Shown: positions 48,100-56,947, counted from the first letter of the stretch. The stretch: DNA of 64,000 nucleotides from an uncultured Thermoleophilia bacterium (GCA_963814545.1 CAWFDC010000014.1:201387-265386); one strand, 5' to 3'. Program-made: numbers and translations. Notes: generated from the letters alone by a model not told the origin.

Positions 48100-48296
48100 T
48101 CAAGCTCGACTGCCCCTCGTGCGGGCGGACGAACCAGCCGCTGACCCAGACCGAGGAGCAGCTGCAGTACCGCTGCGGCGCCTGCGGGATGGTGTACTAC
48201 GGACCGGCCAAGTGCGCCGACGACCTCAAGCCGACCGACGTGCCCGACACGCCGGTCGAGGGCGGCGGCGACTGGGACACGGCTCCGCCGAAGTAA
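48090..48296 (+). CDS. 68-aa 4-Cys zinc-ribbon protein
   Basis: MEMIKLDCPSCGRTNQPL...LQYRCGACGMVYYG. Overlaps the endopeptidase stop by 10 nt. The Cys spacing and flanks resemble the C-terminus of the 26557..27519 protein. Confidence 0.55.
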   Translation: MEMIKLDCPSCGRTNQPLTQTEEQLQYRCGACGMVYYGPAKCADDLKPTDVPDTPVEGGGDWDTAPPK

Positions 48297-48319
48297 GCGC
48301 TGGGGGGCGCGTGCAGAGG

Positions 48320-48349
48320 GGTCGGCGGCCGCTCACGCGGCCGCCGACC
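48320..48349 (+). terminator. 13-bp GC hairpin after the zinc-ribbon gene
   Basis: ggtcggcggccgc-tcac-gcggccgccgacc. There is no U-tract, so function as a terminator is uncertain. Confidence 0.4.
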
Positions 48350-48367
48350 CACGCGCCGGTGACGCGG

Positions 48368-50428
48368 ATGCGCTCACTCCACAGCCCTCGCGACGGGTCC
48401 ACGACCCTGCCCGACGGGGGCACGATCGCCGTCGTGGGTGGCGGGCCGGCGGCGGCCTTCTTCAGCATCCAGGCGCTGAGAGGGGCGCGTGAGCGCGGCA
48501 AGGACGTCCGGCTCCTCGTCTTCGAGCGCAAGATGGAGGTCTCCGGCGACGGTTGCCCGGCCGACACCGCCTGGAAGGGCTGCAACCACTGTGCCGGCGG
48601 CATCTCCCCTCGTCTGACCGACTCCCTGAAGGAGCACGGGCTCGAGCTGCCCGAAGGCGTGATCCAGGGGCGGACGAGCCACATCACCGTGCACGGGGAC
48701 TGGAAGAGCATCGAGCTCCCCGTGCCGCCAGGCAGGGAGATGCTCAGCGTGTTCCGCGGGTCACGCCCCGAGCGGCGCCCGGACGCGCATCTGAACCTCG
48801 ACTCCTTCCTGCTCGAGCGCGCCGCTGAAGAGGGCGTACACGTCGTCGACGCCGAGGTCTGCGGCATCCGCTGCTCCAGTAACGGCAGACCCGTGATCTC
48901 GTACCGCCGCCCGGGCTCGAGCGAGACGCGCGACGAGACCGTCGAGGCGGATCTCGCCGTGTTCGCGGCGGGCGTCAACCGCGCGACGGACATGGAGGTG
49001 GCCGCGGACCCGCTGCTGACCGCGCTGGCCGACGTGCTCCCCGGCTTCCGCCCGCCGCGCGTGCGCAAGGCCTTCATCGTCGAGATGGAGACCGAGGAGG
49101 AGCTCAGCGACGCCATGCGCGGCGAGATGCACTTCGTCCCCTACGGCTCGAAGGGCCTGCGCATCGAGCTTGCGTCCCTGATCCCGAAGGGGAGATGGAC
49201 GACCGTGGTCCTGCTCGGCAAGAGCATCGACAGGGCGCCGCTCTCGCAGTACCTGGAGGTCGTGGAGCGCTTCCTCGACCTCCCGCACATCAAGCGCGCC
49301 CTCCCCCGGCGCGCCGGGTTCCACCCCGTCTGCGTGTGCCACCCGAACATGACGGTCGGGGCGGCGCGCAACGGCGTCGGCGAGCGCCTCGCCGTCATCG
49401 GCGACCTCGCCGTCTCGCGCCTCTACAAGGACGGCCTGTACTCGGCCTTCCTCACCTCCTCGGCGCTCGCCGAGTGCGTGCTCGAGCGCGGCATCGACCG
49501 CCGCAGCCTCGAGCTCGGCTACTGGCCCGCGGTCACGCGCGTCGACCGCGACAACCGCTCGGGGCACGCGGTCTTCGCCCTGACGCACGTCGTCTTCTCG
49601 CGCCCGATGCTCAGCCGCGTCGTCTACCAGGCCGTGCTGACCGAGCGCCGCAACCAGCCCGAGGAGTCGCGCCGGCTCGGCGACGTGCTGTGGCGCATCG
49701 CCAGCGGCGACGACAGCTACGCACGCTGCCTCGCCGGCATGTTCCGCCCCGTGGCGGTCTGGCGCGTCGTCGTCGGCGGGGCCCTGGTCACGGCGAGGAA
49801 CTGGGTGACCGAGAAGGTCTTCGGGCTGAGCTGGAAGGGCATCGGGCGCTACCAGACGGGCGTCTCCCGGCAGAACGTCGAGAAGCGGCGGGCCGACCTC
49901 ATCTCCACGCTCGGCTACCGGCCGTTCGGCGAGCAGCCGCAGATGGAGAGCATGTTCTCGATCCGCATCCGCAGCGGAGGCGCGGCGATCCTCCGCCAGC
50001 TCGAGAAGTTCGGCGACGAGGCGCGCGAGTACTTCACGCCGCGCCTGATCCGCGTGCGACGGACGGCCGGAGCGCCGACCGACGTGGGCACCACGATCCG
50101 CTACAACGTGACCCCGCCCTGGTACTCGTTCTCGGTCGCCCTCGAGAGGATCGTGCCGGGGCACTGCCTGCTGTACCGGGCGCTCGACGGCTTCCCGCGC
50201 GACGGCATCCTGGCCTTCGACGTCGCGGGCGAGGGACCGGCCCGGAGCCTCCTGACGATCTACCTGGCCTTCGACTTCCCCAAGCCGAGGAACCCCTTCA
50301 AGCGGGCCGCCTGGTGGCTCTTCCGCCTCACCTTCCCCGGGTTCGTGCACGACGTGCTCTGGAACCACGCCCTCTGCAAGCTCAAGTATCTCGTCGAGAG
50401 GGCGGAAGCTGAGGCCGAGGACGACTGA
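48368..50428 (+). CDS. FAD-dependent oxidoreductase (geranylgeranyl-reductase-like) fused to a C-terminal SRPBCC/START-like domain
   Basis: Intact 686 aa. IAVVGGGPAAAF dinucleotide motif and KGCNHCAGGI. The C-terminal ~160 aa (FSIRIRSGG...YNVTPPWYSFSVALERI...LTIYLAFDF...) looks like a lipid/ligand-binding SRPBCC fold. Both domain calls are by eye. Confidence 0.5.
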   Translation: MRSLHSPRDGSTTLPDGGTIAVVGGGPAAAFFSIQALRGARERGKDVRLLVFERKMEVSGDGCPADTAWKGCNHCAGGISPRLTDSLKEHGLELPEGVIQGRTSHITVHGDWKSIELPVPPGREMLSVFRGSRPERRPDAHLNLDSFLLERAAEEGVHVVDAEVCGIRCSSNGRPVISYRRPGSSETRDETVEADLAVFAAGVNRATDMEVAADPLLTALADVLPGFRPPRVRKAFIVEMETEEELSDAMRGEMHFVPYGSKGLRIELASLIPKGRWTTVVLLGKSIDRAPLSQYLEVVERFLDLPHIKRALPRRAGFHPVCVCHPNMTVGAARNGVGERLAVIGDLAVSRLYKDGLYSAFLTSSALAECVLERGIDRRSLELGYWPAVTRVDRDNRSGHAVFALTHVVFSRPMLSRVVYQAVLTERRNQPEESRRLGDVLWRIASGDDSYARCLAGMFRPVAVWRVVVGGALVTARNWVTEKVFGLSWKGIGRYQTGVSRQNVEKRRADLISTLGYRPFGEQPQMESMFSIRIRSGGAAILRQLEKFGDEAREYFTPRLIRVRRTAGAPTDVGTTIRYNVTPPWYSFSVALERIVPGHCLLYRALDGFPRDGILAFDVAGEGPARSLLTIYLAFDFPKPRNPFKRAAWWLFRLTFPGFVHDVLWNHALCKLKYLVERAEAEAEDD

Positions 50429-50524
50429 GCGGCGCCGCGGCGTCAGCCGCGAGGCTCGAGCGCACGGCATCTCGCGGCACCGCTGAGCGGCGCAGCGCAC
50501 GCCGCCGGCCGCGTGCCTCTCGCC

Positions 50525-51304
50525 TCAGGGGTAGGTGGGCAGACTGCTCCGGAGGTCGACCAGGGCCTGCTGGGAGACCTGGAGCAGGCCCTCCTGCGAG
50601 CGATCCAGGTCGACGATCAGGTAGAGGACCGCCGACAGGACCAGCACCAGGGTGACCAGGGCGACGAGGTTGCGCCGGTCGGCGTAGCCGGTCTGCAGCC
50701 CCACCAGGAACACGGCGGCCAGAGCGATGACGTACATGGCCAGCAGGACCATCGGCGGGATGCGTATCTGCAGGCCGACCACGACCCGTTCGGTGTGCAG
50801 GTCGATCACCTCGTTCAGCGACGAGACGTACTGGGCGGTCGTGGCCGACGTATCCGTGGCGACCCACTGCTCCGCGATCGCCCAGAGCTCACTGTGGATC
50901 TCCTCCGAGCGGGCCCGCGCCTCGGCGAGCTTGTCCTTGTCGGGGGCGACGATCCGCCACTCCAGATACTCGCTCAGGAGGTCCCGGGTCTCCGTCTGGT
51001 AGGGCTCTTCGAGGTAGCCGGCCCTCAGATACGTGGTGCCGATGGCGTTGGCCTCGCTGACCACCAGCTGGCGCCGCTCCTGCATGACGTTGAAGCCGAA
51101 CCCCACCACGAACGCCAGCAGGAAGGCGAGCAAGGCGAGTGTCGCCCCGGAGATGGCGCCGACGCCGGCATCGGACGTGGCCGGCGCCCGTCGCTGCTTG
51201 CGCACGGCGTAGCGGTAGCCGCCCTCCATCGCGGCCAGCAGTATGACCACCGTGAAGGGGTAGACGACCCAGATGGGCAGTGTGTCGAGGAACTGCTTGG
51301 TCAT
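50525..51304 (-). CDS. DUF4239-like membrane protein
   Basis: Intact 259 aa. Two N-terminal and two C-terminal TM segments flank a soluble helical middle. The family name is from memory. Confidence 0.45.
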   Translation of the reverse strand: MTKQFLDTLPIWVVYPFTVVILLAAMEGGYRYAVRKQRRAPATSDAGVGAISGATLALLAFLLAFVVGFGFNVMQERRQLVVSEANAIGTTYLRAGYLEEPYQTETRDLLSEYLEWRIVAPDKDKLAEARARSEEIHSELWAIAEQWVATDTSATTAQYVSSLNEVIDLHTERVVVGLQIRIPPMVLLAMYVIALAAVFLVGLQTGYADRRNLVALVTLVLVLSAVLYLIVDLDRSQEGLLQVSQQALVDLRSSLPTYP

Positions 51305-51362
51305 CCCCGTCGGTCTCCTCGTGGTCGGGTCCGGCGTGCCAGACGACCAGACTCAGGGCGGC

Positions 51363-51530
51363 TCACTTGGAGCGCAGCCACACCACCGCCGACGAGATCG
51401 CCCAGATGACCAGCAGGATGGCGGCGACCCAGAGGAGGAACGCGTGCTCGCCGAAGAGCGCGATGCTGGCCACGAGGAACCCCAGCAGGAGCGCCCCGAC
51501 GATGATGGCGACGATCTTGAAGTATCCCAT
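51363..51530 (-). CDS. 55-aa two-TM hydrophobic peptide, copy A (below the ORF-track size cut-off)
   Basis: Translated by hand and cross-checked against the antisense ORF-track frame: MGYFKIVAIIVGALLLGFLVASIALFGEHAFLLWVAAILLVIWAISSAVVWLRSK. Confidence 0.55.
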   Translation of the reverse strand: MGYFKIVAIIVGALLLGFLVASIALFGEHAFLLWVAAILLVIWAISSAVVWLRSK

Positions 51531-51551
51531 GCGTACCCCCGGTTCGACGTC

Positions 51552-51728
51552 TCAGTCTACTTCCTTGGAGCGAAGCCACACCACCGCCGACGAGATCGCC
51601 CAGATCACCAGCAGGATGGCGATAAGCCAGAGGAAGAACGCGTGCTCGCCGAAGACGGCGATGACGGTCACGAGGACCACGACCAGCATGAGCCCGATGA
51701 GGATGGTCAGCCCCTTGAGGTAACCCAT
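51552..51728 (-). CDS. 58-aa two-TM hydrophobic peptide, copy B (tandem paralog)
   Basis: MGYLKGLTILIGLMLVVVLVTVIAVFGEHAFFLWLIAILLVIWAISSAVVWLRSKEVD. The 3' half is nearly identical to copy A at DNA level. Confidence 0.55.
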   Translation of the reverse strand: MGYLKGLTILIGLMLVVVLVTVIAVFGEHAFFLWLIAILLVIWAISSAVVWLRSKEVD

Positions 51729-51982
51729 CTACGCCCTCCGCTTCGACGGTGCATGATCGGCATAGCTTACATCCGGAGGCTACTCGCGATGCCGAGATCT
51801 GTGACCTCGGGAAAGTACGAGTCGCGGCCCACGGATACTACGAGGGGCTCTGCCTCCTCCCACTCCGTCCACCGCGCGGCTGCCGCCCTGTCCTCCCCGT
51901 AGGCCCGCGACGCTTGCCGCCGCCGCGGATTCCACAGAGAATCGTTGGCGGCGAACCCGGAATCCCCGCAAAGGAGACCTCC

Positions 51983-53263
51983 ATGGCGTATGAACAGGAC
52001 TTCGGCACAGCCCTCCAGGTGGGCCGTCCCCCCAACATCACCGCCCTCTTCCCCAACTCCAGGGCCCTGATCGTCAGCGGCAAGGTCGTGGACCGGGCGA
52101 TGCGGGCGAAGGGCGATGCCATCGCCATGGCCGCCAACGGGCGCAACTCCCTCGTCATCCGCGGGGCCCTGCGGGCGGCGCAGCGGGCGAACGCCGCCCT
52201 CATCGTCGAGATCGCCAAGTCCGAGGGCGGCCAGAAGGCCTACTGCGCCGTCAACTACTGGAACATGGCGCGCATCGTCGACGCCCTGTGCAACGAGCTG
52301 GGCATCACGATCCCGGTCGCGATCCACGCCGACCACTACGGCATCAAGAACGACGCCGACCTCGCACAGGCCAAGGTGGAGATCCCGACGATGTTCGAGG
52401 CCGGCATGACGTCGATCGCCATCGACGCCTCCCACCTGCCCGACGACCAGAACCTGCTCGCCAATATCGAGGTCAACCCGTTCATCCCGGGGTGGGCCGG
52501 GCTCGAGACCGAGGTCGGCGAGATCAAGGGCAAGGAGGGGCTCTCGACGGTGGACGAGGCGCTCTTCCTCATCGGCGGGCTCAACGCGCACGACATCTTC
52601 CCCGACTGGATCGCGCTCAACAACGGCACCACCCACGGCATCGAGGCGTCCGACGCCGGCATCCAGGTCGACCTGACCGCCGAGATCCACGAGGCGCTGA
52701 CGCCCTACGCGGTCAGCGGCGCCCAGCACGGCACCTCGGGCAACAGCTCCGAGCGGCTGCGCGAGATCGCCGCCAAGACCCACACGACCAAGGCCAACGT
52801 GGCCACCGCCCTGCAGATGATCTCCTGGGGCCTCGAGGTGAACGACTACGGCAACGCGCAGCTCGACGCCGACGGCGAGTTCATCAAGGTCGAGGGCGAG
52901 GGCATGACCGAGGAGCTGTGGGCCGAGATGGTCGCCTTCGCCGACGAGAAGGGGTGGAAGAAGGGCGACTACAAGAACCTCAACCTGCCCTTCGAGAGCA
53001 AGCTGCTCGCGCAGCCGCGGCACGTGCGGGAGCGCATGAGCCGGCGGGTCGAGGACTTCGCCTACAAGATGATGACCGAGGTCTTCAACGCCGAGGACAC
53101 GGCGCAGCTCGGCGTCGAGGCGATCCTCAACGCCGGGTCCTGCGACCTCGGCCCCAAGACCGGGCGCATCGAGGACCCGGCCGAGTGGACCGACGCGAAG
53201 ATCGTCGAGAGGGCGAAGACCCTCGACGCCGACAAGGGCGCCAAGGGCGACTTCGACGACTGA
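51983..53263 (+). CDS. fba: class II fructose-bisphosphate aldolase family (long form)
   Basis: 426 aa with AAAGGAG RBS. AIHADHYG, IDASHL, NNGTTHG, SGAQHGTSG. The longest ORF starts at 51749. Confidence 0.8.
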   Translation: MAYEQDFGTALQVGRPPNITALFPNSRALIVSGKVVDRAMRAKGDAIAMAANGRNSLVIRGALRAAQRANAALIVEIAKSEGGQKAYCAVNYWNMARIVDALCNELGITIPVAIHADHYGIKNDADLAQAKVEIPTMFEAGMTSIAIDASHLPDDQNLLANIEVNPFIPGWAGLETEVGEIKGKEGLSTVDEALFLIGGLNAHDIFPDWIALNNGTTHGIEASDAGIQVDLTAEIHEALTPYAVSGAQHGTSGNSSERLREIAAKTHTTKANVATALQMISWGLEVNDYGNAQLDADGEFIKVEGEGMTEELWAEMVAFADEKGWKKGDYKNLNLPFESKLLAQPRHVRERMSRRVEDFAYKMMTEVFNAEDTAQLGVEAILNAGSCDLGPKTGRIEDPAEWTDAKIVERAKTLDADKGAKGDFDD

Positions 53264-53297
53264 GGCGCGCGAGCCGCGTCTGCGACGTCTGAAGGGG

Positions 53298-53333
53298 GCG
53301 GGCGCGGGGGTAGGGACCGACCCCCGCGCCCGC
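53298..53333. terminator. 13-bp GC hairpin after fba
   Basis: gcgggcgcggggg-tagggaccga-cccccgcgcccgc, in the convergent gap. Confidence 0.45.
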
Positions 53334-53357
53334 TCGACGTATCGCGCGGCGCCTCGC

Positions 53358-53395
53358 GCGGAGGCCCGCACGGCGTACGCCGTGCGGGCCTCCGC
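53358..53395. terminator. 18-bp perfect hairpin between convergent fba and the TauE gene
   Basis: gcggaggcccgcacggcg-ta-cgccgtgcgggcctccgc. Confidence 0.5.
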
Positions 53396-53427
53396 GTCTC
53401 ACAGCTCCAGGCCCACCCGGGCGCCCC

Positions 53428-54219
53428 TTACGCCTCCGGCCCGGGCTCCGCGTCGGCGCGCTTCCTGAAGACCATCAGCGCCGCGACGACCAGCATCAGG
53501 CAGGCGAAGAGGACGCGCGAGAGCCCCGCCTGCATCGTCACCGACCACTGCGACGCGGCGAACGCGGTGACCATCCCCGAGAGGCCGAGGACCGCGGCGA
53601 GGGTGAGGTCCGTGTTCTTCGCGCGTGCGTTGCGATAGGTGCCGATCAGGGCCGTCGGCACGATCACCGCCAGCGACGTCCCCTTGGCGAGCGCGTCGGG
53701 CAGCGAGAGCAGCAGCACCATGGCCGGCACCATGATGAGGCCACCCCCCACGCCGAAGAGGCCTGCGGTGATCCCTGAGACGACGCCGACGACGACGAGG
53801 AGCGCGGCGGTCGCGAGACCCAGGTGCGGGTCGCCGGCCGGCTCCCCCACCTCGAAGAACATGCGCACGGCGGTCAGGACCAGGAAGGCGGCGAAGGCGA
53901 GCCTGAGGGCGCGCTCCGGCAGGCGGTGCAGCGCGGCGGTGCCGATGACCGCGCCGCCCGCCGCGCCCAGCGTCAGCAGAGCGGCGGCGAGCCAGTCGAC
54001 CGAGTCGCCCAGCGCGTAGCCGGTCACGCCGACGAGCGCCATCGGGATGATCGCGGTCAGCGACGTGCCGTGGGCCAGGCGCTGGTCGACGCCGAGCAGC
54101 AGCGTGAGGGCGGGGACCATGAGGATCCCCCCGCCCACCCCGAACAGCCCGGCGAGGAAGCCCGAGGCCAGGCCGATCGCGACGACCAGCACCCAGAAGC
54201 GCGCGTCGCGCGGTCTCAC
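53428..54219 (-). CDS. TauE/SafE (DUF81) family anion exporter
   Basis: Intact 263 aa with about 8 TM segments and an internally duplicated GLFGVGGG(I/L)(L/I)MVPA motif. GTG start. Confidence 0.75.
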   Translation of the reverse strand: MRPRDARFWVLVVAIGLASGFLAGLFGVGGGILMVPALTLLLGVDQRLAHGTSLTAIIPMALVGVTGYALGDSVDWLAAALLTLGAAGGAVIGTAALHRLPERALRLAFAAFLVLTAVRMFFEVGEPAGDPHLGLATAALLVVVGVVSGITAGLFGVGGGLIMVPAMVLLLSLPDALAKGTSLAVIVPTALIGTYRNARAKNTDLTLAAVLGLSGMVTAFAASQWSVTMQAGLSRVLFACLMLVVAALMVFRKRADAEPGPEA

Positions 54220-54298
54220 GCCGTCACCCCGAAGCGCGTGCCTCGTCGTCTCACGCCGTCACCCCGAAGCGCGTGCCTCGTCGTCTCACGCGGTCACC
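54214..54298. repeat. 35-bp direct repeat x2 plus a 15-bp partial third copy at the amidase-stop / TauE-start junction
   Basis: tctcacgccgtcaccccgaagcgcgtgcctcgtcg occurs twice (54214-48 and 54249-83), then tctcacgcggtcacc. Each copy carries the GTGA(C/G) start/stop junction sequence on the coding strand. Confidence 0.75.
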
Positions 54299-55802
54299 AC
54301 GGGACGGCGCGCCGACGCGCCGGTGGCGGCCACGACCATCTCGGCGATGGCGAGGAGACCGGCCTCGTCGCCGTAGCGGCCGACGAGCTGCAGCCCGACC
54401 GGCAGCCCGTCGGCGGTGAAGCCGCAGGGCACGGACATGGCTGGATGCGCGGTGACCGTGATCCGCGAACACGAGCGCATCCAGTCGGTGTACGTCGAGA
54501 GGCGGTGGCCGGCGATCTCATCGACCCACTCCTTCTCGACCGGGAAGGGTGCGACCTGCGTCGTCGGGGCCGCCAGCACGTCGAAGCGCGAGAAGAAGTC
54601 GACCGCGCGCGCGAAGATGGCGGCTTGCTCCGCCTGGGCCGCGGCGATGCGCAGCGGCGTCAGCCGCAGCCCTTGCTCGATGTTCCACACCACCGTGTCC
54701 TTGAGCAGGTCGCGGTGCTGCACGTACTCGTCGTGCAGGGCGCGCACGAAGCTGAGCGCCCTCAGCACCTCGAACACTTCGTCGGCGCCGCGCAGCAGGT
54801 CGGGCTCGGCCTCTTCGACCTGCCAGCCGAGCCCGTCGAGCGCGCGGCGCCCCTCCTCGAGCACCGCGGTGACCTCCGGGGCGACCGGCAGCCCCCCGAG
54901 ATCCCGGCTCCAGGCGACGCTGACGCGCGCCGGCGACCGCGGCGGCGCGAGCGACGGCGGTCGCACCGGCGCCTGTGAGCGCTCGAGCGACGGCAGGTGG
55001 CCCGCCGGCCACGGCGGCGCGAGCGGCGGCAGGTGCGTCAGCGACAGCGGCGCGCGCGGGTCCGGCCCCGCCAGCGCGCCGAGCAGCAAGGGCGACGTCG
55101 GCGACGGTCCGCGCGATCGGCCCCGAGACCGACAGCGGGTCCCAGGCGTCGTCGGCCGGCAGCTCGGGCACGCGCCCCGGCGTAGGGCGCAGCCCGATGA
55201 CGTTGCAGAAGCTGGCGGGGTTGCGCAGGCTCCCACCCATGTCGGAGCCGTCGGCGAAGGGCAGCATGCCGGCCGCGACGGCCGCGGCGCCGCCGCCGGT
55301 GCTCCCGCCGGCCGTGCGCGAGGTGTCGTACGGGTTCCGCGTGGCGCCGAACACCGGGTTGAAGGTCTGCGACCCGGCCCCGAACTCCGGGGTGTTGGTC
55401 TTGCCGACGACGATCGCGCCCGCCCGCCGCAGACGCTGCACGAGCGGCGCGTCCTCAGCCGGCACGTGGTCGCGGTAGATCGGCGAGCCGTACGTCGTCC
55501 TGATCCCGGCCGTGTCCACGAGATCCTTCACGGCGATCGGGAGGCCGTGGAGCGCGCCGAGGTCGTCGCCGCGCGCCCGCCGGCGGTCCGCGTCGTCGGC
55601 GTCGGCGAGAGCGCGCTCCGGGACGAGCGTCGGGATGGCGTTGACCGCGCCGTCCACGTCGTCGATGCGCTGCAGGAACGACGTCGACGACCTCTCTCGC
55701 GGAGACGTCACCGCCGCGGAGCATGGTCGCGAGCGCCGTCGCCTCGAGCTCCCAGAGCTCGCCGCCGTGCGGGCTTCCAGCTCCGCCGCCCCAGCCACGC
55801 AT
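54286..55802 (-). CDS. amidase-signature family enzyme (GatA-like amidase), frame-disrupted (2 breaks)
   Basis: LHGLPIAVKDL and GGSTGGGAAAVAAG...GSDMGGSLRNPA. The pieces lie in ORFs 55455..56522 (tail), 54518..55798 and 54286..55236. Confidence 0.8.
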
Positions 55803-56522
55803 CAGGCCCCCAGCTGGTAGAGCGCAAAGGCGACGGCGAAGCCGAGCACGGCGAGCAGCCCGGCGCTGATGCCGGCGTCCTCCCGAGCCTCGGGGACAAG
55901 GTCGTCGGTCAGCATCGTCAGCAGCGCCCCGGCGGCGAAGGCCTGGGCCAGTGCGCCGATGCGCCCGCTGGCCTCCCCGACGAGCGCGCCCGCCGCCGCC
56001 GCGAGGGCCGCCACGGCGATGACCCCGCCCCACATCAGCAGGATGCGGCCCTTCGCCACCCCGTGCGCGTCGCTGAGCTCCGCCGCCGAGGCCATCCCCT
56101 CGGGCAGGTTGGAGACGATGACGGCAACGAGGAAGGCGGGGCTCACGCCGCCGCCGACGGCAGCGGACACGCCCGAGGATGAACGACTCGGGCACACCGT
56201 CGAGCGTCGCTCCGAGCATAAGCGCGCGGCCGCGCGCGGCGCGGCCCGCCGAGCCGCTCCCGCGGCTGAGGTAACGGTCGCCGGCGTAGTAAGCGAGCGC
56301 GCCGGCGGCCAGGCCGGCGGCGAGCTCGACGGCCGAGGCGAGCTCGACGGCGTCGAGCACCAGTTCGAAGGAGACGGCGCTGAGGAGGGCGCCGGCGCCG
56401 AAGGCGGCCACGCTCCCCACCATCCGCTCGCTGAGGTGGCCGCGCAGGCCGAGCCACGCCCCCACGAGCAGGGGCAGCGCGGCCAGTGCGCCCAGAAGCG
56501 CTGCCGTCAGGACCGTCGGCAC
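55802..56522 (-). CDS. ZIP (ZupT-like) divalent metal transporter, frame-disrupted near 56180
   Basis: MPTVLTAALLGALAALPLL...LDGVPESFILG, then ...VSNLPEGMASA...FAAGALLTMLTDDLVPEA. The stop overlaps the amidase start. Confidence 0.7.
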
Positions 56523-56722
56523 GAGTCACACCTCGCGGTCGAAGCGGCACCCGGCGGCCGACAAGACGACTGCGTCGCCGGGCGCGTCCCATCTCTGCGA
56601 CGAGCATAGTGGTCCGGCTCGGCACGTGTCGAGGCGAGCGGCGCGGCTCCGCCGCGCCGCGAGCCACCGTCAAGCGGATGTACGATGCCGCGGTAGGGAT
56701 CACTACCGATCGAGGAGTGGAC

Positions 56723-56947
56723 ATGGCGGACAGCAGTATGAGAACGCGGGTGGAGCCGGGGCCGGGGCGGTGTACGGCCTCGGCCTGATCGGAGCGCTCG
56801 TCTACTACATCCAGACCGCCACGGGGTTCTGGGACGGCGTCTGGGGCGTCTTCCAGGCCCTGTTCTGGCCGGCGTTCCTCATCTACGAACTGCTGGGCCT
56901 GGTGAGGGCGGAGTGCGCGCGGCGCCGCACCCGCCGAGGACGAGCAC

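Noticed and set aside
48090-48296. Calling the 68-aa zinc-ribbon protein HypA
   Set aside because: It lacks the N-terminal MHE nickel-binding motif and the ~110-aa HypA length. Only the generic 4-Cys ribbon is shared, so it is reported as uncharacterised.
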